Below are positions 39,497 through 50,693 of a stretch of DNA of 64,000 bases, in pieces (the stretch's first letter is position 1; each line of letters opens with the position of its first letter). The stretch lies in contig CAXXLV010000002.1 in the NCBI GenBank assembly GCA_963664305.2, positions 1,120,001 to 1,184,000 of the forward strand, in the 5' to 3' direction. The translations under genes and the position numbers were made by a program. Origin of the DNA: an uncultured Aliarcobacter sp. GTDB taxonomy: Bacteria > Campylobacterota > Campylobacteria > Campylobacterales > Arcobacteraceae. The notes under the pieces are model-generated. The model searched no databases. It was not told the DNA's origin and saw only the letters and a list, made by a program, of their open reading frames with translations.

Positions 39497-40759
39497 TTAC
39501 AATCCAACCGCACTAAGTGTTTGATATTTATTCATATATTGCTGAGCTTCAATTTTTCTCATAGTGTCTATAGCAACTTGAACAACGATTAATACAGCAA
39601 CCCCTCCAAAATAGAAAGGTACACCCATAGCTTTTACAATTAGCCAAGGTAATGTTGATATTAATCCCATATAAATTGCTCCCCAGAAAGTTAATCTACT
39701 AGCAACTTCATTTAAAAAATCTGCTGTACTTGCTCCTGGTCTAACACCTGGAATAAATCCACCTTGTTTTTTTAAATTCTCAGAAATATCTTTTGCATTA
39801 AATGTAATTGATGCATAAAAGAATGCAAAGAAAACTACAAATAAAAACATAAATAAATTAAAAGTATATGAACTTGGACTTAAATAATCAGCAATTGCAA
39901 CTAAATATTTATTTTGTGAACCTTGTAAAACTGTTGCAGGGAACATTAAAATAGCACTTGCGAAAATTGCAGGAATTACTCCACTTAAATTTACTTTAAT
40001 TGGAATATAGTTCATAACTCTTCTTTTCTGATTTTGCATCATAACTTTTCTAGAATATGATACAGGAACTCTTCTTTCACCTAATTCAACATAAATAATT
40101 GCTCCAACAGTTGCAAAAATTACAACTAAAATACCAATTACAGTTAAGAAATTCATTTGACCATTATTAACAAGTTCTACTGTACCACCAATTGCACTTG
40201 GAATTGCTGAAACGATACCTGCGAAAATAATTAACGAAATTCCGTTACCAATACCTTTTTGTGTAATTTGTTCACCAATCCACATTAAAAGCATTGTACC
40301 TGTTAACATTGATATTGCAGAAACAGCAATAAATGTATTCATATCAATTGAGATTGCACCTTGACCACTTTGACCTGTTAAAGAATTAAGACCAACTGAA
40401 ACACCAATAGATTGAATTAATGTAATAACAATTGTTGTATATCTGATGATTTGCATATATTTTTGCATCCCATCTCTTTCTTTTTTCATTTTACCAAGTG
40501 CTGGGAAAGTTGCTGCTAGAAGTTCCATAATAATAGAAGCAGTAATGTAAGGCATAATTCCTAGTGAAATAATACTTAGTCTTTCAACTGCATTACCACT
40601 AAACATATTAACAAGACCTAACGCATTGTTTGCATTTGAGTCGAAAAATTCTTTAACTACATCTATATTAACTCCAGGTACTGGCACGTATGCCAGTAAT
40701 CTGTAAAGAAAAATAAAGCCTAATGTAATAAGAATCTTATTTATTAGATCTTTACTCAT
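39497..40759 (-). CDS. secY: Preprotein translocase SecY
   Basis: SLGIMPYITASIIM, GEQITQKGIGNGISL, FIPGVRPG. Confidence 0.98.
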   Translation of the reverse strand: MSKDLINKILITLGFIFLYRLLAYVPVPGVNIDVVKEFFDSNANNALGLVNMFSGNAVERLSIISLGIMPYITASIIMELLAATFPALGKMKKERDGMQKYMQIIRYTTIVITLIQSIGVSVGLNSLTGQSGQGAISIDMNTFIAVSAISMLTGTMLLMWIGEQITQKGIGNGISLIIFAGIVSAIPSAIGGTVELVNNGQMNFLTVIGILVVIFATVGAIIYVELGERRVPVSYSRKVMMQNQKRRVMNYIPIKVNLSGVIPAIFASAILMFPATVLQGSQNKYLVAIADYLSPSSYTFNLFMFLFVVFFAFFYASITFNAKDISENLKKQGGFIPGVRPGASTADFLNEVASRLTFWGAIYMGLISTLPWLIVKAMGVPFYFGGVAVLIVVQVAIDTMRKIEAQQYMNKYQTLSAVGL

Positions 40760-40761
40760 AA

Positions 40762-41160
40762 TTATTTTCCAGTAGTTGTAACGTTTTCGTCTTTAATCTT
40801 AGCTACTAAATCTTTTGCAGTTGAACCAATTAATTTAACTTTTTCAACTGATTTTGATAATTTATACACAGATTTAATTGAATCTAGTGTAATTTCTTCA
40901 AGAGCTGCAATTTGTGATACTTTATCAACGTTAATTGAATAAGGTTTTACAGTTCTAGAAAAGAATCCAACTTTAGGAAGTCTTTTGTAAAGTGGTTGTT
41001 GACCACCCTCAAATCCTCTTTTCACTTTGTAACCAGATCTTGCTTTTTGACCTTTGTTACCTTTACCTGCAGTTTTACCTGTACCGCTTCCTTGACCTCT
41101 ACCAATTCTTTTAGTATTTTTTGTACTACCTGGTGCTGGTTGTAAATTTTCTAATGCCAT
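40762..41160 (-). CDS. rplO: 50S ribosomal protein L15
   Basis: [28 protein letters not shown]. Confidence 0.97.
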   Translation of the reverse strand: MALENLQPAPGSTKNTKRIGRGQGSGTGKTAGKGNKGQKARSGYKVKRGFEGGQQPLYKRLPKVGFFSRTVKPYSINVDKVSQIAALEEITLDSIKSVYKLSKSVEKVKLIGSTAKDLVAKIKDENVTTTGK

Positions 41161-41164
41161 ATTC

Positions 41165-41611
41165 TTATCCTTTTATCTTAGCTAATGCTTCAACAGTAGC
41201 TTGTACAAGGTTGTTTGGATTATTTGAACCTAAAGATTTAGCAATAATATCTTTAACTCCAGAAAGCTCAAGAACAGGTCTTGCAGCTCCTCCAGCGATT
41301 AGCCCAGTACCCTCAGATGCTGGTTTTAATAATATTTTACTTGAATTATATTTATGTTCAATATCGTGTGCTATTGTAGTTCCTTTAATAGAAACAGTAA
41401 CTAAGCTTTTGAATGCATCATCTAATGCTTTTTTAATTGCATCAGGAACCTCTTTAGCTTTACCAGTTCCAAATCCTACCGTTCCGTTTTTATCACCAAC
41501 AACAACTAAAGCTGTAAATCTGAATCTTCTTCCACCTTTTACAACTTTTGTTACTCTTCCGATTTTAACGATTGCTTCTTGAAAGTCTTCTCTATTAACT
41601 GCTGCCATCAT
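41165..41611 (-). CDS. rpsE: 30S ribosomal protein S5
   Basis: [22 protein letters not shown]. Confidence 0.98.
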   Translation of the reverse strand: MMAAVNREDFQEAIVKIGRVTKVVKGGRRFRFTALVVVGDKNGTVGFGTGKAKEVPDAIKKALDDAFKSLVTVSIKGTTIAHDIEHKYNSSKILLKPASEGTGLIAGGAARPVLELSGVKDIIAKSLGSNNPNNLVQATVEALAKIKG

Positions 41612-41617
41612 TAACCC

Positions 41618-41977
41618 TTATAATTTGATACCGTTATCTCTTAATGCATCAGCAAATGCTGCAACTACACCATGATAAAGATAACCATTTCTATCGTAAA
41701 CTACTGCTTCAATTCCAGCAGCCTTTAAATTTTCAGCAAGTTGTGCTGCTACTTTTACTGCATTTTCTTTATTAATGTTTAAACCCATAGCTTGTGAGCT
41801 TACAGCTGCTAAAGTTACACCTTCAACATCATTAATAGCTTGTGCACTAACGTATTTGTTAGATTTAAAAATTGATACTCTTGGTTTTTCAGCAGTACCA
41901 AAAATGTTACTTCTAACTCTTTTTTTTCTTTTGATTCTTAAAGCGTTTTTCTTTGCTAAATCTTTTTCTCTACTCAT
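41618..41977 (-). CDS. rplR: 50S ribosomal protein L18
   Basis: KPRVSIFKSN, YDRNGYLYHG. Confidence 0.97.
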   Translation of the reverse strand: MSREKDLAKKNALRIKRKKRVRSNIFGTAEKPRVSIFKSNKYVSAQAINDVEGVTLAAVSSQAMGLNINKENAVKVAAQLAENLKAAGIEAVVYDRNGYLYHGVVAAFADALRDNGIKL

Positions 41978-41986
41978 AGTTACACC

Positions 41987-42523
41987 TTACTTCTTAGAAG
42001 TTTTTCCGGCTTTTCTGATGATTTTCTCATCAGTATATTTAACACCTTTACCTTTGTATGGTTCTGGTTTTCTAAAGCCTCTAATAATTGCAGCAGCTTG
42101 ACCAACTTGTTGTTTGTCAGCACCTTTTACATTAATAATGTTTTTTTCAACAGTAACTTCTAATCCTTTTGGGATTTCATAGTTAATTGGGTGAGAATAA
42201 CCTAATTGTAACTCTAAAATATCACCTTTAACAGCAGCTCTGTATCCAACTCCGTTGATTTCTAATGATTTAGTGAATCCAACATTTAGACCATTAATTG
42301 CATTTGCAGTTAATGCTCTATAAGTTCCCCAGAAAGCTGAAGATTCTTTTGTTTCACCATTTCTAGTTAAAACAACTTGACTATCAGCTACTTCGATTCC
42401 TACTCTACCATGAGTTTCAACAGTTGAAACATTGTTTCCTTTTTTTACACTAATTACTGTACCATTTACTGTAACTTCAATTCCAGCTGGAATTGCGATA
42501 GGTTTTTTACCAATTCTTGACAT
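41987..42523 (-). CDS. rplF: 50S ribosomal protein L6
   Basis: [22 protein letters not shown]. Confidence 0.98.
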   Translation of the reverse strand: MSRIGKKPIAIPAGIEVTVNGTVISVKKGNNVSTVETHGRVGIEVADSQVVLTRNGETKESSAFWGTYRALTANAINGLNVGFTKSLEINGVGYRAAVKGDILELQLGYSHPINYEIPKGLEVTVEKNIINVKGADKQQVGQAAAIIRGFRKPEPYKGKGVKYTDEKIIRKAGKTSKK

Positions 42524-42532
42524 TACACTCTC

Positions 42533-42931
42533 CTACCATACAGTACAAAGTACTTCACCACCAACATTAGCTGCATATGCTTCATCATTAGCAATTACAC
42601 CTTTGTTAGTTGAAACGATAATAGTACCGTACCCATTTTTAAAGTTTTTAATTTCAGAAGCGTTTTTATAAACTCTTCTTCCTGGTTTAGAAACTCTAGT
42701 AATTTCGTTGATTACTGATTTCTCATTATCATCATATTTTAATTCAACTTGAATAGTTTTCTTGTTGTTTTGTCCATCAATAACTTTGAATCCAGCAATA
42801 TACTCTTTTTGTAATAAAACGTTTAAAACACCTACTACAGTATTTGAGTGTAATAATGTTGCAACTTCTAATTTTCTCATTGCAGCATTTCTAATTCTAG
42901 TTAAAGCATCTGCGATTATATCATTCATCAT
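42533..42931 (-). CDS. rpsH: 30S ribosomal protein S8
   Basis: [27 protein letters not shown]. Confidence 0.98.
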   Translation of the reverse strand: MMNDIIADALTRIRNAAMRKLEVATLLHSNTVVGVLNVLLQKEYIAGFKVIDGQNNKKTIQVELKYDDNEKSVINEITRVSKPGRRVYKNASEIKNFKNGYGTIIVSTNKGVIANDEAYAANVGGEVLCTVW

Positions 42932-42943
42932 AGCTTTTTTCTC

Positions 42944-43129
42944 CTACCAACTAGCTTTTCTAACACCAGGTAATAAACCTTCGTTAGCCATTTTTCTTAA
43001 ACAAACTCTACATAAACCAAAGTCTCTGTAAACAGAGTGAGGTCTTCCACAAACAGAACATCTTGTGTATGCTCTTACAGCAAACTTAGGTGTTCTTTGT
43101 TGTTTAGCGATCATAGATTTCTTTGCCAT
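42944..43129 (-). CDS. rpsN: 30S ribosomal protein S14, zinc-binding (type Z)
   Basis: 61 aa; RCSVCGR...LCRVC...PGVRKASW. Confidence 0.97.
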   Translation of the reverse strand: MAKKSMIAKQQRTPKFAVRAYTRCSVCGRPHSVYRDFGLCRVCLRKMANEGLLPGVRKASW

Positions 43130-43677
43130 TACGCTCTTCCTTTTGTAAATGGAATTCCTACTAATTCTAATAATCTGTAAGATTCAGCATCATTAGTCGC
43201 ACTAGTAGTAATTGAAATATTCATACCGTGTGTTTTAATGATGTTATCATAAACTACTTCTGGGAACATTAATTGCTCATCTAATCCAAAGTTGAAGTTT
43301 CCTCTACCATCAAAACCATTTTTGTTAAGACCTCTAAAGTCTTTTACTCTTGGTAATGCAACGTTACATAATTTGTCTAAGAAATGATACATTTGCTCAC
43401 CTCTTAATGTAACTTTAACACCTACAGGCATACCTTCTCTAACTTTAAATCCAGCTACTGATTTTTTAGCAATAACTTTAACAGCTTTTTGACCAGCAAT
43501 TAAAGAAATTGTATCTTCAATATTTTGGATTAATTTAGAATCTTTCATCGCTTCACCAGCACCAACTGAGATAACAACTTTCTCTAACTTTGCAGTTAAA
43601 GTTTTGTTTTTTGGGAACTCAGCTTCTAATACTGGTTTGATTTCTGATTTATATTTTTCAAATAATCTTGATGCCAT
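43129..43677 (-). CDS. rplE: 50S ribosomal protein L5
   Basis: [28 protein letters not shown]. Confidence 0.98.
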   Translation of the reverse strand: MASRLFEKYKSEIKPVLEAEFPKNKTLTAKLEKVVISVGAGEAMKDSKLIQNIEDTISLIAGQKAVKVIAKKSVAGFKVREGMPVGVKVTLRGEQMYHFLDKLCNVALPRVKDFRGLNKNGFDGRGNFNFGLDEQLMFPEVVYDNIIKTHGMNISITTSATNDAESYRLLELVGIPFTKGRA

Positions 43678-43678
43678 A

Positions 43679-43918
43679 TTAGTTACCCTCTACTTTTGCT
43701 ACATTTGAAATGTCAATTGGCATTTCTTTGTTTACAAATCCACCTTCTGGATTTTTTTCTTGATCAGGTTTAACTGTTTTTTTAGCAACTTTGCAATCTT
43801 TCACGATTACTTTTCTTTCTTTTGGTAATACAGCTAAAACTTCTCCAGTTTTACCTTTATCATCACCAGCGATGATTTTTACAGTATCACCTTTTTTGAT
43901 TTTTAATTTAATTGCCAT
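43679..43918 (-). CDS. rplX: 50S ribosomal protein L24
   Basis: [28 protein letters not shown]; start at MAIK (43918). Confidence 0.96.
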   Translation of the reverse strand: MAIKLKIKKGDTVKIIAGDDKGKTGEVLAVLPKERKVIVKDCKVAKKTVKPDQEKNPEGGFVNKEMPIDISNVAKVEGN

Positions 43919-43919
43919 A

Positions 43920-44288
43920 TTATAATACCTCCGGTGCAAGTGAAACGATTTTCATGAAACCTGAATATCTTACTTCCCTAGCAACTGGTCCAAAGATTCT
44001 TGTTCCAACTGGCTCTCTTTTTGCATCTAGAATAACCGCTGCATTATCATCAAATCTAATTAATGAACCATTTTCTCTATGAACTTCTTTATGAGTTCTA
44101 ACAACAACAGCTTTTACAACTTGACCTTTTTTAATTTTTCCAGTTGGTAAAGCTTTTTTAACTGAAGCAACAATAACATCACCAACAGTTGCGTATCTTC
44201 TTTTAGAACCACCTAAAACTTTGATACACATAATCTCTTTAGCACCTGTGTTGTCAGCTACGTTTAATCTTGTAAAACTTTGAATCAT
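43920..44288 (-). CDS. rplN: 50S ribosomal protein L14
   Basis: [24 protein letters not shown]. Confidence 0.98.
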   Translation of the reverse strand: MIQSFTRLNVADNTGAKEIMCIKVLGGSKRRYATVGDVIVASVKKALPTGKIKKGQVVKAVVVRTHKEVHRENGSLIRFDDNAAVILDAKREPVGTRIFGPVAREVRYSGFMKIVSLAPEVL

Positions 44289-44539
44289 TATTTAACTCCT
44301 GTAGCTACTATCGTCTTTAATCTAAAAGATTTAGTTTTTGACAATGGTCTACACTCAATTGCGATAACACTATCACCAACATTTAATTCGTTTCTTTCGT
44401 CATGAATTAAATATTTTTTAAATCTCTTTACAGTTTTGTGATATTTTGGGTGTAAAACTGATCTTGTAACTAAGATAGAAGCTGTTTTATCACCTGATTT
44501 TTTTACCACTACACCTTGAATCTCTCTTTTATGTGTCAT
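44288..44539 (-). CDS. rpsQ: 30S ribosomal protein S17
   Basis: [18 protein letters not shown]. Confidence 0.97.
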   Translation of the reverse strand: MTHKREIQGVVVKKSGDKTASILVTRSVLHPKYHKTVKRFKKYLIHDERNELNVGDSVIAIECRPLSKTKSFRLKTIVATGVK

Positions 44540-44549
44540 ACTTAGATCC

Positions 44550-44741
44550 TTAGTTAGCTTTTGCAGCAGTCATAGCTGTTTGAATTTTAGCGATGTCTTT
44601 TTTAGCAACTCTTAATTCAGCTGTATTTGTTAACTGCATTGTTTTTAGCTTAGCTTTTAATTCAAAAAGAAGCACCTTTTTCTCTTTTAATAATACTTGA
44701 AGTTCGCTCAAGTTTTTGTCTTTTAAATCAGTATAGTTCAT
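44550..44741 (-). CDS. rpmC: 50S ribosomal protein L29
   Basis: LFEL..QLTN...KKDIAKIQT; position between rplP and rpsQ. Confidence 0.95.
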   Translation of the reverse strand: MNYTDLKDKNLSELQVLLKEKKVLLFELKAKLKTMQLTNTAELRVAKKDIAKIQTAMTAAKAN

Positions 44742-45153
44742 TTTCGCTATCTCTTGTTACAATTTTAGTTTTAAACGGTAATTTATGCATAGCTAAAGTT
44801 AAAGCTTCTCTTGCTAATTCTTCAGATACTCCAGCCATTTCAAAACAAATTCTTCCAGGCTTAATGTTCATAACCCATTTATCAACTGAACCTTTACCTT
44901 TACCCATTCTTGTTTCTAATGGTTTTGCAGTAAGTGGTTTATCAGGGAATACCATAATCCAAACTTTTGCTTGTCTTTTTACTTTTCTTGTCATTGCAAT
45001 TCTTGACGCTTCAATTTGTCTAGAATCAATTCTTCCATGTTCAACTGCTTTGATACCGATATCTCCGTATGCTAAAGAGTTTCCTCTATGAGCCATACCT
45101 CTATTTCGGCCTTTCATCATTTTTCTGAACTTAGTTCTTTTAGGCATTAACAT
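44728..45153 (-). CDS. rplP: 50S ribosomal protein L16
   Basis: [20 protein letters not shown]. Confidence 0.98.
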   Translation of the reverse strand: MLMPKRTKFRKMMKGRNRGMAHRGNSLAYGDIGIKAVEHGRIDSRQIEASRIAMTRKVKRQAKVWIMVFPDKPLTAKPLETRMGKGKGSVDKWVMNIKPGRICFEMAGVSEELAREALTLAMHKLPFKTKIVTRDSENELY

Positions 45154-45155
45154 GA

Positions 45156-45860
45156 TTATTTACCTCTTTTCTTTGTTGGTCTTCTTTTAGGTTTAGAAGT
45201 TGTTTCTTCAGCTTTTTCAGTTGGAATACCTTTTGCTAATACTTCACCTTTGAAAATCCAAACTTTAATACCGATACAACCATAAGTTGTATGAGCTTCA
45301 GCAAAACCATAATCGATTCTTGCTCTTAAAGTATGTAATGGAACTCTACCTTCTAAATACCACTCAGTTCTAGCCATTTCAGCTCCACCAAGTCTACCAG
45401 AAACAGATACTTTAATACCTTTTGCTCCACCTTTTAATGCGTTTTGCATAACTCTTTTCATAGCTCTTCTAAATGCAACTCTTCTTTCTAATTGTTGAGC
45501 AACATTCTCAGCAGATAATTGAGCAGAGATTTGTGGTTTTCTTTCTTCTTTGATATTAACAGCGATTTCTTTACCAACTAATTTTGAAAGTGCGTCTTTT
45601 AATTTTTCAACGTCAGCACCTTTTTTACCAATAATAATACCTGGTCTAGCAGCTACAACAGTAACTCTAACTTTTTTAGCTGTTCTTTCAACTACAGTTT
45701 GAGCAATTCCAGCATAGTATAATTCTTTTTTAACATACTTTCTGATTTTGTCATCTTCTGCAACGTTTGCTGGCATTGTTTCAAATTTAGGAAACCATCT
45801 TGATTCCCAGTTTCTATTAATACCTAATCTTAAACCTATTGGATTAACTTTTTGACCCAT
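45156..45860 (-). CDS. rpsC: 30S ribosomal protein S3
   Basis: [33 protein letters not shown]. Confidence 0.98.
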   Translation of the reverse strand: MGQKVNPIGLRLGINRNWESRWFPKFETMPANVAEDDKIRKYVKKELYYAGIAQTVVERTAKKVRVTVVAARPGIIIGKKGADVEKLKDALSKLVGKEIAVNIKEERKPQISAQLSAENVAQQLERRVAFRRAMKRVMQNALKGGAKGIKVSVSGRLGGAEMARTEWYLEGRVPLHTLRARIDYGFAEAHTTYGCIGIKVWIFKGEVLAKGIPTEKAEETTSKPKRRPTKKRGK

Positions 45861-46192
45861 TACTTATCTCCTTTAGTTGCAGCAGCTACTTCAATCATAA
45901 TATGTGCAGTTGGTTTATGCTTTGGTGAAGCTGAACCTCTTGCTCTTGGAGTAAATCTCTTAAGAACTGGACCTTTATCAACTCTAGCTGATGTAATAAC
46001 TGCATCAACTGGATCTAAACCTGCATTTGCAACTGCAGATGCAATAACTTTTGAAATAATTCCAGCAGCTTTATTTGGAGTAAATTGTAAAGATGCGATT
46101 GCATACTCTGCATTCATTCCTTGAACTTCTCTAGCAATTAATCTTGCTTTGATTGGAGAAAGTCTAATAAATTTTAATATTGCTTTAGCCAT
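45860..46192 (-). CDS. rplV: 50S ribosomal protein L22
   Basis: [21 protein letters not shown]. Confidence 0.97.
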   Translation of the reverse strand: MAKAILKFIRLSPIKARLIAREVQGMNAEYAIASLQFTPNKAAGIISKVIASAVANAGLDPVDAVITSARVDKGPVLKRFTPRARGSASPKHKPTAHIMIEVAAATKGDK

Positions 46193-46194
46193 TC

Positions 46195-46470
46195 TTATGC
46201 CTTTCTTTGAACAGAACCTTTATGGCCCTTAAATGTTCTAGTTGGTGCAAACTCACCTAATTTATATCCAACGTGATTTTCTGTAATATTTACAGGAACG
46301 AAATTTCTTCCATTGTGCACATTGAAAGTTAATCCAATCATATCTGGTAATACAGTTGATCTTCTTGACCAAGTTTTAATTGGTTTTTTATCATTAGCAC
46401 TATTTGCACTAATAACTTTTTTCATCAGGTGTGCGTCTACAAATGGACCTTTTTTTACCGATCTTGCCAT
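46195..46470 (-). CDS. rpsS: 30S ribosomal protein S19
   Basis: [26 protein letters not shown]. Confidence 0.98.
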   Translation of the reverse strand: MARSVKKGPFVDAHLMKKVISANSANDKKPIKTWSRRSTVLPDMIGLTFNVHNGRNFVPVNITENHVGYKLGEFAPTRTFKGHKGSVQRKA

Positions 46471-46479
46471 CTTAAACCC

Positions 46480-47307
46480 TTACTTCTTTCTTTTTGAAAT
46501 GATTAGTTTATCACTAGCTTTTTTCTTTCTAGTTTTATAACCTTTAGTTGGCATACCCCATGGAGTAACAGGATGTCTACCAGAGTTAGTTTTACCTTCC
46601 CCTCCACCGTGTGGGTGATCAATAGGGTTCATAGCAGATCCTCTAGTTTGAGGTCTAATACCTAAGTGTCTACTTCTACCAGCTTTACCAACAACCATAT
46701 TTGTGAAATCTTCATTTCCAACTACACCAATTGTAGCCATACAAACACCAAGAATTTTTCTCATTTCACCTGAAGGTAATCTCATGATAACATATTTATC
46801 TTCTCTACCCATGATTTGAGCGTATCCACCAGCAGATCTAGCGATTTGACCACCTTTTCCTGGTTTCATTTCAATATTATGAACCATTGTTCCTACTGGA
46901 ATGTTCATTAAATTCATAGCGTTACCTGGTAAAATATCAAGTCCTGACTCAGCAGCTTGAACTTTATCACCAACTTTTAATCCAGAAGGTTGAATAATAT
47001 ATCTTTTATCACCATCTAAATATGTAACTAAACAAATTCTACAGTTTCTGTATGGATCGTACTCAACAGTAGATACAGTACCTTCTACACCAAATTTATT
47101 TCTTTTGAAATCAATAAGTCTATATAATTTTTTAGCACCTGCTTCTTTGTGTCTTGAAGTAATTCTACCATTATTATTTCTACCAGCTTTAGCGCTTACT
47201 CTTACAAGTAATGATCTAACTGTTGGTTTAGAAGTAATATCAGAACTATCCATAACTGACATAAATCTTCTTGCAGGAGTTATTGGTCTAAATTTTTTAA
47301 TTGCCAT
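46480..47307 (-). CDS. rplB: 50S ribosomal protein L2
   Basis: [23 protein letters not shown]. Confidence 0.98.
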   Translation of the reverse strand: MAIKKFRPITPARRFMSVMDSSDITSKPTVRSLLVRVSAKAGRNNNGRITSRHKEAGAKKLYRLIDFKRNKFGVEGTVSTVEYDPYRNCRICLVTYLDGDKRYIIQPSGLKVGDKVQAAESGLDILPGNAMNLMNIPVGTMVHNIEMKPGKGGQIARSAGGYAQIMGREDKYVIMRLPSGEMRKILGVCMATIGVVGNEDFTNMVVGKAGRSRHLGIRPQTRGSAMNPIDHPHGGGEGKTNSGRHPVTPWGMPTKGYKTRKKKASDKLIISKRKK

Positions 47308-47319
47308 TTTCTATACTCC

Positions 47320-47601
47320 TTAAGCTGATAAATTCGCAATTTGTGCGTCTTCAGGTAATGTTACATAAAACTTTTTGAAATCTGCTCTTTTTCCAGGTTT
47401 TCCTCTAAATCTTTTAACTTTACCATCTTGTCTTAAAGAATTAACTTTTAATGGCGTAACACCAAAATACTCTTTAAATACTTCTTTTAAACCAGTTTTC
47501 GTCATTCTTGGACTAGTTTGAACAACGATTACACCATTTTCTTGAAGCTCAATTGTTTTTTCTGTATATAATATTGCTTTAATATCTGTAATATCTGCCA
47601 T
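47320..47601 (-). CDS. rplW: 50S ribosomal protein L23
   Basis: TEKT, KVNSL, KKFYVTL; position in the S10 operon. Confidence 0.96.
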   Translation of the reverse strand: MADITDIKAILYTEKTIELQENGVIVVQTSPRMTKTGLKEVFKEYFGVTPLKVNSLRQDGKVKRFRGKPGKRADFKKFYVTLPEDAQIANLSA

Positions 47602-47602
47602 C

Positions 47603-48214
47603 TTAAGCCTCTTTTGTTAATGCATCAAGTACTGATTTTTCAATTAGTACTGAGTGGTAAACAGCAATTAAATAAGCGTTAACTTCTTGCTTTTCAACCA
47701 TATAACAGTTTTTAATATTTCTAAATGCTAAATAAGTTTTTTCATCGATAACATCACAAACAACTAATGTATCTCTCTTATTTATTTTATTTAAAACTGC
47801 AACTGCTTCTTTTGTTTTTCCTGATTCAATTTTCACAGAATCAACAACAAATAACGAACCATTGTTAGCTTGTGCATTAATAGCATATTTTAATGCTAAA
47901 GCTTTTTGTTTTTTATTTACTTTTTGGTTATAGTTTCTTTTAGTAGGTCCAAATGCTTGTCCCCCACCAACGAATAATGGTGATCTTTTAGAACCCCATC
48001 TAGCTGCACCAGAACCTTTTTGAGCTTTAGGTTTTTTACCACCACCGCTTACTTCTGCTCTTGTTTTAGCTCTTGCTGTATTTGCTCTTAACGATGCTAA
48101 ATATGATTTAACATATAAGTATAAGTTGTGAGAATTAATTTCTTCATAACTTGCAGGTAAAACTACTTCACCATTGTTTTCAAATTTTTCGTTTAATACT
48201 ATAGCTTTGCTCAT
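47603..48214 (-). CDS. rplD: 50S ribosomal protein L4
   Basis: [24 protein letters not shown]. Confidence 0.97.
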   Translation of the reverse strand: MSKAIVLNEKFENNGEVVLPASYEEINSHNLYLYVKSYLASLRANTARAKTRAEVSGGGKKPKAQKGSGAARWGSKRSPLFVGGGQAFGPTKRNYNQKVNKKQKALALKYAINAQANNGSLFVVDSVKIESGKTKEAVAVLNKINKRDTLVVCDVIDEKTYLAFRNIKNCYMVEKQEVNAYLIAVYHSVLIEKSVLDALTKEA

Positions 48215-48786
48215 TTAGCAACCTTTACTTTTCCTAATGAACCATTTGCACCAGATACTGAACCTTTTAATACTAAGATTCCTGTTTCAGCATCAAATGA
48301 AATTACTTCATTTTTTACAGATACATTTGTATTTCCGTATTGCCCTGGCATTTTTTTACCTGGCTGAACTCTTCCTGGCCATTCGCAGTTACCGATTGAT
48401 CCAGTTCTTTTACCCATTCTGTGACCGTGAGATGCTCTTCCACCAGCAAAATTCCATCTTTTAACCGCACCAGAGAAACCTCTACCTTTAGTTTTAAAAG
48501 TTGATTTTACTACTTTACCTTCACCTAATCCAGAAACATCTAAATCACCCGCTTCAGTATTTGCTACAGTTAATGTTGCAAATCTGTTAAACTCTTTAGA
48601 TAAGTTGAATTTTTTTTGTTGACCTTCTATAGCTTTGTTAAATTTTTTACCATTGCTATAAGAAACTAGTGCTACACCATCAGTTACTTCACATACTTTC
48701 GCATCAAGAACTTTTAAAAGTGTAACAGCTGTACTTGGAACAGAAACTGTTCTACTCATACCGATTTTTTGAACTATAAATTCCAT
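48211..48786 (-). CDS. rplC: 50S ribosomal protein L3
   Basis: [32 protein letters not shown]. Confidence 0.97.
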   Translation of the reverse strand: MEFIVQKIGMSRTVSVPSTAVTLLKVLDAKVCEVTDGVALVSYSNGKKFNKAIEGQQKKFNLSKEFNRFATLTVANTEAGDLDVSGLGEGKVVKSTFKTKGRGFSGAVKRWNFAGGRASHGHRMGKRTGSIGNCEWPGRVQPGKKMPGQYGNTNVSVKNEVISFDAETGILVLKGSVSGANGSLGKVKVAK

Positions 48787-48802
48787 CTTGTCACCCTTTC
48801 TC

Positions 48803-49117
48803 TTATTCTTGACCCATAGATCTTACTTCAACATCAACTTCAGGAGCTAAGTCAAGTTTCATTAGTGAATCTACAGTATCAGGAGTCGCTGCAATGATAT
48901 CAATAATTCTTGAATGAACTCTGATTTCAAATTGCTCTCTTGAATCCTTATTTACGTGAGGACCTTTAATAACTGTATATCTTCTGATTTTTGTAGGAAG
49001 AGGGATTGGACCTCTCAAATCAGCACCAGTTCTTTTTACAGCTTCAACAATTGAAGCAACACTTCTGTCTAAAACTCTGTGATCATAAGCTTTAAGCTTT
49101 AATCTGATTTTTTCCAT
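48803..49117 (-). CDS. rpsJ: 30S ribosomal protein S10
   Basis: [33 protein letters not shown] 49117 with AAGGA SD. Confidence 0.98.
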   Translation of the reverse strand: MEKIRLKLKAYDHRVLDRSVASIVEAVKRTGADLRGPIPLPTKIRRYTVIKGPHVNKDSREQFEIRVHSRIIDIIAATPDTVDSLMKLDLAPEVDVEVRSMGQE

Positions 49118-49183
49118 TAATTTTCCTTTAAAGAACTCGTTAGATGTGCAAAAATGCACCCTAACCACATTTAGTGGACGCGG

Positions 49184-49212
49184 ATTATAACTTAATTGAA
49201 GTTAAATGTCAA
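49184..49212 (-). promoter_or_regulatory. Consensus sigma70 promoter of the S10 operon
   Basis: Minus strand: TTGACA (49212-49207), 17 nt, TATAAT (49189-49184), then a GC-rich discriminator ccgcg. Confidence 0.85.
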
Positions 49213-49414
49213 GTATTATGGGCTTTATCAAATAAATTTATTAATTTTATTTCCTTTCAAAAAGGAATATAATAGCTTTATTGACACTAAGGTAAGTTTT
49301 CTTTAAGATATCGTATTTTTAATAGTAAATATTTTTATTGCATCTATATTATTACTATTTAGGAATAAATATTGTATATTATTTTTTAGTTTTTCTTCAA
49401 TTAGGAGTTGATAA

Positions 49415-50665
49415 ATGAAACGAGATATTATAATAATTGGTGCAGGAATTATGGGTTTAACAACTGCATACGAATTTCTTAAAGCAGGTAGAAAAGTTAC
49501 AATTATAGATGAAAGTGATATAACAGATTCAACCTCTTTTGGAAATGCTGGTTTATTGTCTGCATTTGATAAAGGACCACTTGCAAATCCAGGGATTGTT
49601 TTTAATACATTAAAACTTATGATAAAAGGTGAATCACCTGTAAATATACATCCTACTTTAGATACAAAAATATATAAATGGTTATGGAAATTTGTAAATA
49701 GTGCAAACAAAGATAGATTAAAAAGAACTTTAGCTTTATTTGAGAAATATGGTCATATATCAAATGATGCATATGAAAAAATGCAAAATATTGATGGCTT
49801 AGATTTAGATTTTCATAGAAAGGGTATGTTGTCTGTTTTTACTGAACAAAAAAGTTATGATAAAAAATTACTTGATTATGCAATAAAAAATGATGATGTT
49901 TTTGAAATCATTGAAAAAAATAAAATAAAAGAATTTATACCTTGTGTTACAAATGATGTTAAAGGAGCTATTCATTTTAAAAGAAATACTCACTTTGACC
50001 CAAAAAGAACAATGTTAGAATTAAAAAGATATTTAAAAGAAAATGGTGCTGAATTTATTTTAAATGAAAGAATTTCACATATCAAATATTCAGATTCAAA
50101 AATTGAATCTATTAGTTCAGCTCTAAATACTTATGAAGCAGATACATATATAATGTCAACAGGTTATCAGACACTTTTAGCAGATAAAGTAAATCAAAAT
50201 CTTATGATGACACCTGCAAAAGGATATAGTATCACTTTTAAAATGCCTAAAGAATTGCAACCAGTTACATCTACACTATTTTCTGATTTATTTATTGTTA
50301 TGACACCAAGACGTGATGATGTAAGAATTACATCAAAATTAGAGATTGGTTCAACAAATCATCAAATAGTAAAAAAACAAATTGAAAGTATAAAAGAAAA
50401 CTTCAAAAAATACACTGTTCCTTTTATAATGGAAGATATCGTTGAATGGACTGGATTTAGACCTTTAACACCAAATGATATGCCACTTATTGGAAGAGAT
50501 GAAAAATATAAAAACTTAGTTTATGGTATGGGATTAGGTTGGTTAGGAATGACATTTGGTCCTGCACTAGCTTCTATATTAAAAGATTTGATTGTAAATG
50601 ATTTAGAGAATAAAAATAGTGATGATATTCTTTTATTTTCTGGTTTTTATCAAGGTAAATATTAA
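49415..50665 (+). CDS. dadA: FAD-dependent D-amino acid dehydrogenase (DadA family)
   Basis: IIGAGIMG, TSFGNAG, PAKGYS, WTGFRPLTP..PLIG. Confidence 0.85.
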   Translation: MKRDIIIIGAGIMGLTTAYEFLKAGRKVTIIDESDITDSTSFGNAGLLSAFDKGPLANPGIVFNTLKLMIKGESPVNIHPTLDTKIYKWLWKFVNSANKDRLKRTLALFEKYGHISNDAYEKMQNIDGLDLDFHRKGMLSVFTEQKSYDKKLLDYAIKNDDVFEIIEKNKIKEFIPCVTNDVKGAIHFKRNTHFDPKRTMLELKRYLKENGAEFILNERISHIKYSDSKIESISSALNTYEADTYIMSTGYQTLLADKVNQNLMMTPAKGYSITFKMPKELQPVTSTLFSDLFIVMTPRRDDVRITSKLEIGSTNHQIVKKQIESIKENFKKYTVPFIMEDIVEWTGFRPLTPNDMPLIGRDEKYKNLVYGMGLGWLGMTFGPALASILKDLIVNDLENKNSDDILLFSGFYQGKY

Positions 50666-50693
50666 TAAATGTAGGTTATTTCCTACATTTATT
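50664..50693. terminator. Bidirectional terminator
   Basis: aataaatgtagg-ttattt-cctacatttatt between convergent stop codons. Confidence 0.7.
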
